64,000 nt of DNA from Octopus sinensis (lineage: Eukaryota): positions 13,082,001-13,146,000 of the forward strand of contig NC_043022.1 of NCBI RefSeq assembly GCF_006345805.1, in the 5' to 3' direction. Of this stretch, positions 49,300 to 60,300 are shown piece by piece (the first letter of the stretch is position 1; the number at the start of each line of letters is the position of its first letter). Below the pieces are notes generated by a model, which ran no database searches, had not been told where the DNA came from, and saw nothing but the letters and a program-made list of their open reading frames with translations. The position numbers were made by a program, and so were the translations under genes.

Positions 49300-49880
49300 T
49301 GGCAGACACGTTAGCGCGCCAGGCGAAATGCTTAGCGGTATTTTGTCTGTCCTTACGTTCTGAGTTCAAATTCCGCCGAGGTCGACTTTGCCTTTCATCC
49401 TTTCGGGGTCGATAAATAAAGTACCAGTTACACACTGGGATCGATGTAATCGACTTAATTCATGTGTCTGTCCTTGTTTGTCCCCTCTATGTTTAGCTCT
49501 TGTGGGCAAGGAATGGCTGTGTGGTAAGTAGCTTGCTAACCAACCACATGGTTCCGGGTTCAGTCCCTCTGCGTGGCATCTTGGGCAAGTGTCTTCTGCT
49601 ATAGCCCCGGGCTGACCAATGCCTTGTGAAAGGATTTGGTAGACGGAAACTGAAAGAAGCCTGTCGTATATGTATGTGTATGTGTGTGTGTGTTGGTCCC
49701 CTAGCATTGCTTGACAACCGATGCTGGTGTGTTTATGTCCCCGTTACTTAGTGGTTCGGCAAAAGAGACCGATAGAATAAGTACTGGGCTTACAAAAAGA
49801 ATAAGTCCCGGGGTCGAGTTGCTAGATTAAAGGTGGTGCTCCAGCATGGCCGCAATCAAATGACTGAAACAAGTAAAAGA
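49300..49880 (+). mobile_element. Array-family SINE monomer fused to a CORE-like SINE
   Basis: GAGCTGGCAGACACGTTAGCG head through TTTAGCTCTTGTGGGC, followed directly by a CORE-like SINE. Confidence 0.85.
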
Positions 49881-49955
49881 GAGCTGATTAAACAAAGAAC
49901 CTCAAGCATGAATGAAGGGAAGAGGGTTAGGGTGCAAAAAAAAAAGGGCCCTTAC

Positions 49956-50614
49956 CTGGTGTCCAGAAGGTTGATGAGCAGGAGACTGGTTTGGTGCTGG
50001 CTCCCTTTCGCGGTCTCGTTGGTGCGCTACAGCAGCTGCTTGCTGGGCCTGCAGTTGATGCTGTATCTGGAGGGCAGTCGATGCTACTGTCATAGGATGA
50101 GCGGAGGAAACAGTGACAGACACTGATGTGGCTGGCGATGATGAGGATGTGGAAGAGGACGACACTGAAGACGGACCAACAGAGCAGGGATGAACGTTTG
50201 GACTGGAACGAGCAATATGCTGCTGTTGTTGCTGCTGCTGCTGCTGTGGTGGCGCCGGTTGCTGTTGCGGCGGTTGTTGTTGTTGCTGTTGTTGTTGTTG
50301 TTGCTGTGGAGGTTGAGTATGAGCCTGGGCAGGGTTGCCAGGCAACAGTTGGTGTGCAGCAAGGGACTGCGCCGAGTGCTGTTGCTGGGCCGGCTGCTGA
50401 GACGTAGATTGGTGATTGATCGACAAATTGGTCGCGTGCAACGTCGGCGATGGACTCGGAGATATTGCAATCGGAGCAAAGTTGTTGCGGATTAACGGCT
50501 GTGGAGGAGACGACTGTCTCCAACCCTTCATTATCTCAGACGTCCGTGAGGAAGGTGTGGGCTGCGATAGTGACATACTGATGGAAGCAGATTTATTATG
50601 GTGACCAGACAGCA
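49956..50614 (-). CDS. spen: Spen coding exon (659 nt, polyQ-rich)
   Basis: Acceptor ttgccatttcag|TGCTG (phase 1), donor CACCAG|gtaagg (phase 0); within ORF 49902..50864. Confidence 0.92.
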
Positions 50615-51362
50615 CTGAAATGGCAACAGAAAAAAAAATAATAATATTAATAAAAATAAATAAAAATAAAAATAAAAATAACAACAATAATAATAATAAA
50701 TAATAATAATAGTAGTAGTAGTAGTGATAATAATAATAATAAATAATAATAATAGTAGTAGTAGTGATAATAATAATAATAATAGTAATAGTAGTAGTAG
50801 TAATAATAATAATAATAATAATAAATAAAAACAACAACAGCAGCAATTTCAAATTTTGGTCCAAAGCCAGTAATGTTTTTAAGGAGAGGGATGGAGCTGA
50901 TTACATTGACCCCTAAAAAGATGGAAGATAAAGTCAACGTTAATAGCATTTGAGCTCAGAACATATAAAGCCAGAAGTACTGCTACTAAAATAGTTTGTT
51001 TGGTGCATCAATGATTCTGTCAGCAATAAGAATGGTTTCAAATTTTGGCACAAGGCCAGCAAATTTGGTGGTGGAGGTCAGTAAATTACCCTGGTCCCAG
51101 TACTTGACTGGTACTTATTTCATCAACCCCTAAAAAGATGAAAGGGCAGTTCCACTGCACACCACCCAGGGTAAGACTCTCCTACTATAGCACTGAGCTA
51201 AGCAAAGCGTATTCGTGTGGGTATATATACGCACGTCTGTCTGTGCTTATTTACATTTGCTACAATCAGAGCTGTTGTTATTTCAACAGCCAACCACTCG
51301 TCTGCCGGCTCTGCACCTTCAAAGATCAAAAAAGATTGAAAACCCTTCACTTGAAATGGATG

Positions 51363-51745
51363 GAAGCACTCCGTCGGTTACGACGATGAGGGTTCCGGTT
51401 AATCCGAATCAACGGAACAGCCTGCTCATGAAATTAACGTGTAAGTGGCTGATCACTCCACAGACACGTGTACCCTTAATGTAGTTCTCGGGGATATTCA
51501 GCGTGACACAGAGAGTGACAAGGCCGGCCCTTTGAAATACAGGTACAACAGAAACAGGAAGTAAGAGTGAGAGAAAGTTGTGGTGAAAGAGTACAGCAGG
51601 GATCACCACCACCCCCTGCCGGAGCCTCGTGGAGCTTTAGGTGTTTTCGCTCAATAAACACTCACAACGCCCGGTCTGGGAATTGAAACTGCGATCCTAT
51701 GACCGCAAATCCTCTGCCCTAACCACTGGGCCATTGCGCCTCCAC
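51363..51745 (-). mobile_element. tRNA-Arg-derived SINE, tail type A
   Basis: Near-identical to 1728-2110. Confidence 0.88.
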
Positions 51746-52573
51746 TTCTTCACTTGAAAGACAGGTAAAGGATAGCAGGAGGAAGGGCATTCAGCTGTAA
51801 AACAATGCCCCAATAATAATATACATTTATCTACACCATGCTAGCATGAAAAAAAAAACAGATGTAAAATGGAAGAGAGAGGTATTACCCCAGCTCATTG
51901 TCAAAACCCATCTTTAAAACAAAACCTAGCTGAACCAGTGGTGCAATTTCAACTCAGAACCCAGAAAGACCAAGCAAATACTGTGATGCTCTCCTTTTTA
52001 TTCTGGCTCCTTTTCTCTAAGATGCTCCCATTTGTCAGCTTTAACTCTTTAGCATTTAAACCAGCCACAACCAGCCCAAATATTCAGTTTTATTTTCAAA
52101 CAAACCAGATCCACCCTCTCACACCTACCTGACAATATCATCATCATCGTTTAACGTCCGTTCTCCATGCTAGCATGGGTTGGACGGTTCGACCGGGGAT
52201 CTGGGAAGCCAGAAGGCTGCACCAGGCTCCAGTCTTATCTGGCAATGTTTCTACAGCTGGATGCCCTTCCTAACGCCAACCACTCCGTGAGTGTAGTGGG
52301 TGCTTTTTACGTGCCACCTGCACTGGTGCCAGGCGACGCTGGCATTGGCCACGGTCGGATTGGTGCATTTTACGTGCCACCGTCACGGAAGCCAGTCAAG
52401 GTGGCACTGGCTTCGGCCATCTTTCTAAAAATAAGCAATGCCATCTTCAAAATTCTGAAGCTACAGGATAAAGCATAATTAATTCAAAACAATGTGAATA
52501 AGTGTCACATTTGAGGGAGTAATCTGAATGCTAAAGGGTTAAACTCAAAGCAAATATCCCCGAAAGCGAACAA

Positions 52574-52740
52574 GACGCAGGAGCGGCTGTGTGGTACGTA
52601 GCTTGTTTACCAACCACATGGTTCCGAGTTCAGTCCCACTGCATGGCACCTTGGGCAAGAGTCTTCTACTATATCCTCGGGCCGACCAAAGCCTTGTGAA
52701 TGGATTTGGTAGACGGAAACTGAAAGAAGCCCATCGTATA

Positions 52741-52812
<72 letters not shown>

Positions 52813-53010
52813 TGTGTGTGTTTGTTCCCCTAGCATTGCTTGACAACCGATGCTGGTGTGTTTATGACCCCCGTTACTTAGCGGTTCGGCAAAAGAGACT
52901 GATAGAATAAGTACCGGGCTTACAAACGAATAAGTCCCGGGGTCGAGTTGCTCGATTAAAAGGCGGTGCTCCAGCATAGCCACAGTCAAAATGACTGAAA
53001 CAAGTGTAAA
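52574..53010 (+). mobile_element. CORE-like SINE, antisense to spen, ~40 nt from an exon donor
   Basis: Family match with expanded internal (TA)n. Confidence 0.9.
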
Positions 53011-53049
53011 AACAAAAAAAAAAGACTAATAAACCAACAATTAATATAC

Positions 53050-53188
53050 CTTTATGTTGCTGCTCGGACACAGAGGATTGCTGCCGACTGAATTCAGCTT
53101 TCATTCGCAATCTCTCAGAAGTATCAGGTCCTATTGTGGTTCCAGATTCCAGTGAAGCTCTCAGTGGGTTAGGTACCTTCTCAATTGG
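53050..53188 (-). CDS. spen: Spen coding exon (139 nt; PIEKVPNPLR...EQQHK)
   Basis: Acceptor ttcattttgcag| (phase 0), donor AAAG|gtatat (phase 1); phases match both neighbouring exons. Confidence 0.88.
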
Positions 53189-53329
53189 CTGCAAAATGAA
53201 AGAGAAAATATTTTGATGAACAGAGAAAAGACACAAATTTGAAGCGATCGAAATTAAAACCTATCAAAATTTCACGTTATTTTTATGTTGCAAACACCAG
53301 TTTAATAACGACAAAAAATCATCTTACTA

Positions 53330-53695
53330 AATTCTTTGTGATTTCAAAATTAAGTGAAACGAAGTCAGTATATTGCAACAGAAATATGGTAACAAAGGGG
53401 CTAAAGTGACTAAATTAAAACCCTCCCTGAAAATGTCATGTTAATTTATATTCCAACACCAGATTAATTAAAAGTTATTTTAATAAATTCTTTGTGATTT
53501 CAAAATTAAGTGAAACGAAGTCGGTATATTGAAACAGAAATATGGTAACGAAGGGGCTAAAGTGACCTAAATTAAAACCCTCCCTGAAAATTTCATGTTA
53601 ATTTATATTCCAATACCAGATTAATTAAAAGTTATTTTAATAAATTCTTCGTTATTTCCAAAATTAATTGAAACAAACGGCAGTCTATTTCAACA
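53330..53695. repeat. ~157-bp tandem repeat (two units plus a partial) derived from MITE sequence
   Basis: Units start AAATTCTTTGTGATTTCAAAATTAAGTG at ~53330 and ~53486; each carries GGTAAC(A/G)AAGGGGCTAA, resembling the 32082-32302 TIR. Confidence 0.8.
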
Positions 53696-53840
53696 GTTAT
53701 ATGAATAGATTAGCAGGCTTCTATTGATGATCTTATTGATGATCTTGCCATGATCTTAGACTTAGTCTAATATAATAATATAAACCCAGTTAGACTGGAA
53801 ATGAGGGAAATAAAAGATAAGCCCAACACACAAGCCTTAC

Positions 53841-55018
53841 CTGGCCTTTAGGACTTGTTTCCTTAGAAGACACAGGTTGTGGTTGTATTTGGACAACACC
53901 CACCTGGACACCAGGGTTGGTCAGTGCATGCAAGACCGTGGGAGATCTTTTGCACATATCCTGTCCGATAAAAGAAGGCGAGGTCGTTGTCATTGGTCGC
54001 GGACTATTCACTATTGACTTGTCAATAGTGTGAGCAGCAGCAGCAGCAGCAACGGCAGCAGTTGTCGTCGTTACTACACTGTATGGTCCTGAGCCACTGG
54101 GAGATGAAGAGAGGTCTCGGCTGCCAAGTTCGGTTTTCAAATTAATGGAAGGCGGAACTGCTTGATGAGAAACTCCTGAATAGATGTGTGACGTGGGGCC
54201 TGCCACTGTGGACGGGGTGCTGACGTGTGGAGAAGACGAGCGGGATCTTTCCGACACCTGATCATAGAAGCCATGGGAACGCTGTATGAGGTTGCTGACC
54301 ATAGATTTATGCGGCATCGGGTGCTCTGAATGTTGCGGCTGGTGTGACATGGGTTGCGTCAAATGGATCACCCCACCGTGAACAGGTTGGGAACCTGCTC
54401 GGGATGTGACAAGGCTCTCTGAAGAGACTGATGGTCCGGTCCTGATGTTTGAAACAGGGTCAGATTGATGAGGGAATTTTTTAGAATCGGTTGTCAACTG
54501 ATGAATAACAGCAGTGTGTTGCTGCTTGTGTTCGACTTTCTGTTTGAGGGGTTCTGTAGAATGTTTCAACGACTCCATTTGTTTCAGGTTGTCCTTGGGA
54601 TGTTTACTTGGGTCATGCTGATTCTTCAGCATGTCAGGAGGATGTTTGGGTACTTCAAGGACTAACGGTTTCCCTGGCATCGGAGCCTGTTTCTCCAGAA
54701 TCATACGAACAGTCTCCGACATATCCATTGCATGTTTGGAAGGTTTCTCATCGGCTTGTTTCAGGATGGCCTCCATCACAGACTGTTTCGGTGCAATGGC
54801 TTCACTTCCTGGTCGTTTGGTCAAATCAATCGAGATTTTGTTGTGCTCTGCGTGTGGTTTACTTTCGTGTACGGTTGGCTTGCCAATGTTAATTGGCATT
54901 GATGAATAATGGACTTTATTTGGTTCTGATGGTCTTGGAGAAGCATCGGGTACTGAAGAGATAACGGCGGGACTTGAAGACATCACTGTTGACATCGGCA
55001 TTAACTCAGACTGGGTTG
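53841..55018 (-). CDS. spen: Spen coding exon (1178 nt)
   Basis: Acceptor tttcgtttcag|CAACC (phase 1), donor GGCCAG|gtaagg (phase 0); lies within ORF 53790..55001; His/Pro/Ser-rich. Confidence 0.92.
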
Positions 55019-55325
55019 CTGAAACGAAACGAAAACAGAATTAATTAACAAAGAAACAATTATCTGATGACAAATTCTGTAACGATCAGAAACCCTCAAC
55101 TGATACCCCACTATCCCCACTCCCATCAACACCGACCTTCTCTGGCTGCCCCGCCTCTCTCCACCACAGCCACCAGATTTGATGGCACAAAAGATACACT
55201 TTTCTTTTTCAAAAAACACCCTGGGGCCTATATGTAAAGACCCCCACAAGCTTTAATGCATTTAAAACTATTTTTTTCCTAAATGTGCATTGCTGATATT
55301 GGAGTGTTGTCTTATAAGCTATTAA

Positions 55326-55544
55326 CCCTTTAGTATTTAAACCAGCCATATCCGGCCAAAATAGTTAATCTGTTTTATGTTTAGACTGACCAGATCAAGG
55401 CTCTCACACCTACCCTACAATGTTATTCTACATTAAGTAATTACACCATCAGCATCTTGAAGATATGAGATAATGCATGACTTATTCAAATCAATGTGAA
55501 TCAATAGGCATTATGTTTGATAGAATAATCAGAACACTAAAGGG
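55326..55544. mobile_element. piggyBac-type MITE; further copies at ~45179-45392, 52045-52538 (with nested repeat) and a partial at ~2120-2349
   Basis: TTAA TSD and matching TIRs; very similar to 20230-20448. Confidence 0.85.
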
Positions 55545-56299
55545 TTAAATACAGTAACTGACTAACACCCAGTCTAGTCAAACAACTGGAAAACTGATTA
55601 CACATTTGTTTCTCACTAAATCTTCCAGCAACACAAAGCCACAGATTATTTCAAGACCAAAAGGTACCAACCCGCCCTACTAACAAGTGTGTTGCCAATT
55701 TTTTTTTTTTTTTGCTTACTGGCTCAAAAAGGAATGTGAAATACAATGTAGCTGAGGTCAAAACATTTAGTGATAAGAAGCCAAGGAGTCTGTACAAAGC
55801 ATGGATTGCTGCCTCAGTCTCTGTGGTTGTAAACAGGCTCCACTCCTGTTTCATGGTCCAATGGTCAGCAAGATGAGAACATTCATACAATTTACAATAA
55901 AACCACCCTGGTGAGAGTGGTTAGCAGTAGCATCCATCAGTACAGGCTTATTGGTTAAAACCACACTTGCAATGATATTATGAAAACATGGAGATTGATG
56001 AGCTTTGAAACGAGAAAGGAGCAAGGAGAGAGGGAGGAAAAGAGAGGGAAGAGCAGAGAGCAAATCCAGTCACAAGGCTTAAGTCAGCTTGAGGCTGTAG
56101 TAGAAGACATTTGCCCATGCTGGGACTGAAACTGGAACCATGAGGTTGGGAAGCAAGCTTCTTACCACACAACCACTCCTGCACCTACACACACAAATGT
56201 ATGCAGTCTTCATCTGAAATATCAGCTGTGTGGGCCTCACAACTAATAGAATGCAATCTTGTTGGCTTTGGGGATATACACACCCGAAAATGGAGATAT

Positions 56300-56590
56300 C
56301 CACCGTGATCACTGTGACCGACCAGGCTATCAGATGTTGTTACACATCGCTGGTCACAATGCGCTTCGCATTGTTTTAGCCTTCAAATGACGCCACCCTG
56401 CTGGCTAAGCGAGCAGCCCAACAGAAGAAAGAGTGAGAGAAAGTTGTGGTGAAAGGGTACAGCAGGGATCGCCACCTGGAGAATTAGGTGTTTTCACTCA
56501 ATAAACACTCACAACGCCCTGTCTGGGAATCGAAACCGCGATCCTACGACCGCGAATCTGCTGCCCTAACCACTGGGCCAGTGCGCCTCC
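56300..56590 (-). mobile_element. tRNA-Arg-derived SINE, tail type B
   Basis: Matches 35483-35787. Confidence 0.85.
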
Positions 56591-56663
56591 TAATGGAGAT
56601 ATACTGACAACAAACTCTTTATAGTAAAGCTGGAATAGTCCAATAAAACAGACCTGTATACTA

Positions 56664-57037
56664 TTTTACTTGTTTCAGTCATTTGACTGCGGCCATGCTG
56701 GAGCACCACCTTTAATCGATCAACTTGACCCCGGGACTTATTCTTTTGTAAGCCCAGTACTTATTCTATCGGTCTCTTTTGCCGAACCACTAAGCAACGG
56801 GGACATAAACACACTAGCATCGGTTGTCAAGCAATGCTAGGGGGACAAACACAGACACACAAACGCATTTATACATATATATGATGGCCTTCTTTCAGTT
56901 TCCGTCTACCAAATCCACTCACAAGGTTTTGGTCGGCCCGAGGCTATAGTAGAAGGCACTTGCCCAAGGTGCCACGCAGAGGGACTGAACCCGGAACCAT
57001 GTGGTTGGTGAACAAGCTACTTACCACACAGCCACTC
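56664..57037 (-). mobile_element. CORE-like SINE, sense to spen
   Basis: Family match, reverse orientation. Confidence 0.9.
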
Positions 57038-57354
57038 TTTACTATTTAATTATGATTAACATTACGATTACGTAAAGTGTACTAGCCATCTGAATGTGGC
57101 TAGCCACTGGGGGTGGAGTGTTACTGATGCTTTTAGCCCCAGGAGATCAACGTCACCAGCTGGCCTTACACAAAATTTCAGTGCCCTCGTGTTATTTGCA
57201 AAGGGAGGTCATCCTCCCTCGAAAACCTAAGTGATACATACGGACTATAGTTTCAAGGTAATTGCCTCTCGTCAACGCATGGTAACGATTATTTATCAAG
57301 AAACAGGCCCTAATCTACCTAAACAAAGAAATGAAAGCTTTGTTGCCCACTTAC

Positions 57355-60300
57355 CTGCTTGAGTTGGAGCATGTAAAGCTGCCACTAGTGACCCTGTCAT
57401 ATTCCGATTGTGCGGCATAACTCCCTGAGGAGCAGACAGCACACTTCGGATTAACTCGGCGCTACGGCTGCGACTTCGAGACTGACGAGAGCGGTTAGCA
57501 GTGGCATCAATCAGTACAGGCTTGTTGGCTAGAGTGGAACCTACGGACACTTGCTCCACACACTGGATCACGTTGGTCGTAGGGATCGCTGTCACTTCGT
57601 TCTCACTGTCATGCTGCTGGGCTTTTCTCGGCATTGTAGAGTCAATTACACTTTCAACGCTGTTGCTCGGTGGAGCTTCACTTGACACAGCAACCTCACT
57701 CGGCACTACTGCTGCTACTGTTGCTGCTGCCGGCAAGGGACATTTGCCGACTGCAGAAGTCGTGGCTGGTGCTGTAGTAATGGTTACTGATAAAGGTTTC
57801 GCTGCTGCCGGCATTGGTGAGGTATCGGAGAGATGCACTCTCGAGGTGGAAGCTGCAGGACAAGTTGTCGTCATCGTCTGCTCCACTGAGGGCTGCTGCT
57901 CACTCAAACTTTCGCTTGCCTCACAAACAATGGGAGTTATAACTTCAAGTTTCGACTCGGGACTCTCAGTTGGTGGTGTAAAAGTGATGTTTAACTCGGG
58001 AGGCACCGGTTTGGAGCAAACATCTTCTTGCATTGCTGGTGGTGTTGTTGTCGTCGTCGTCGTTGTTGTTGGAACTGGAGTTGTGCTAGTGGCAGAAACA
58101 GCTGGAACGACAGTAATTGCTGAAACCTTCTTCTTGCGCCCTTTACCACGCCGTGTAACAATGATTGACTCCACAACCGTTTGCGGAGGACAGCCTGGTG
58201 AGCTAGTTGCTTTCTTATTCTCAGTTAAATCTTCTTCCTGATTAGCAGACAGTGCAAGGACATCATTTTCTATGGGATCTGCTCTAAGAGTGACCTTCAG
58301 TGAAGGTTTTTCTTCTTTTGTGCTCTTAGACACAGTATCCAGGCTCTTGATTTCATCCTTTTTCGCTGACCGAGTAACCAGAGGCAGTTTTTCCAGCTTC
58401 ACAACAGGTGAGCCTACTTCTGTTGTCTTGGGAGAGGATGATGCTACAACTGCAGCAGCCTGTGCCTGAGCCTGTTGTCGCGTCGCTTTCGGAGATCTCG
58501 TCTTGGGGGATGCTATGCGGGTACGCGGGGAAGTGGTTCTTGGCAACATGCCAGAATCCATAGCTTTGTAGTTAGGCTTCCTTCCTCTACGCGAACGTTG
58601 GTACTCCACCTGATTCTCTAGCTTACTACTTTCATCAATGTCTAAAGATGGAATTACAGTGCTTTTCTGAGCATCGACAACAGAAGACTTCTGGTGAGTA
58701 GAGACGCACGTCTCCGACACTGTATTTTCCACTTTCAATGAGTGGTGGTCGTCTTTAACATGGCGTTCAGGTCGTGGAACGCTACGTACCGTTTCCAGCT
58801 TGGGAGTATCGATTTCTTCATCGTCATCTTCGTCAAAGTCAAAAACATCCTTGGCCTTCTGATATGCCTTTTCAGCTGTCTCTTCAACAGCAGAAACATT
58901 TTCAGTAGACTCCTCTGTAGGGGGGCCTCGTCGAAGAGTGAACCCACGTGTTCGACCGCGTCGGTTTGTCTCCTTCTGAAAACGGATTGGTGGTATTTCG
59001 ACTTTCTTCTCTTTGACTTTTTCTTCGACTAAAGGCAACTTCAAAGGAGGCTGCAGCGGGGCTGCAACAGGTTCAATACTTAGATTGTCTAAAAGCTGCT
59101 CTTCCTCAACAGGAGCTACTGAGATTTGTTTCTCTTCTTCAAATTTGGACGCACGGGTGCGTCGACTACTCGCCGGGGTAGAAGTGACGTTGACATTAGG
59201 TGTAACGGTCCCAGCTGAAATACTGGTCTTACCACGGTTACGTTTAGGGTACTCACGCACTGGAGTCAGTGTTATAGACTTCTTTGTCTCCAGCTCTGAT
59301 ACTGAAGGCTTCATATCCGGTTCCTCCTTCTGTGGAGACACTTCCTTTAATGGGACGTTGCTACTGACGGGCTCTGGCATTTGGCCAATGTCGTCTGGAA
59401 ACTCTGCCTTTATCAGATTAGCAACAGCGAGTGCCGTTATATCTGTGGAAATGTCTTCACTGATCTCGCATTTAACAGATGTCTGATCTGAGCTAGGTTG
59501 GGCAGGTATAGCAGAAGTAGCAGTCCAAATAGTCTTCAACTCCTCACTTACTTTCTCAACCACAGGAACAAGGGCTGCAACAGCAAAAGCAGCAGCTGCT
59601 GCTGCCTGCTTCCTGCTGTTCCTTCGTTGCCGACGCTTTCGACCTTTCGGTTTCTCTTCCTCCAACTTCAACGGTTTCTCAATGGTTTCCACTTTGTACT
59701 GCTCCTCCCGATCCTGGTCACCGTCAATCTTCTCCTTCTTTAAAACAATTGACAAAGAAGTCGGCTCGTCTTTAACAGCTTCAACAAGCTCTTCAGCTTC
59801 TTCCTCATCTTTCTCCTGTGATGACAGTTCAGATTCAACACGGATTTCCTTCTCTCGTAAGATCCCTTCGATTGTGGCATCTTCGTCAATTTCTTCTTTC
59901 AATCTCAGAGGATATTTGGCAATTGCATTTTTGGAGTCCAGAGGTGAGGTAGAACATTCTAGTTTCGAGCTGTCCAGGAAAGTTTTATCTTTCATAACTG
60001 GTTCTTGTTCACTTTTGATATTGCTTTCAACCAAATGCTGATTCATAAGTTTCAGGTCGGTCGAGCGTGGGTACAGTTTCGGTTTTACATCTTCCAGTTC
60101 ATCTTCAAACTGGTAACAGTCAAACAGACTGCTTTTAAGCGATTGGTTCTTGATATCGAAATATTGCAACGACCCAAGTACTTCTGGTGAACGTGAACTT
60201 GTATCTCTGATTAAAGACCGAGAAAAGATGCCATCTTTTTTCTTGTCAGGATCCCGGCGCGACACACGACATTTCCTCTCTTTCTTCTCTCTGTGTCGAC

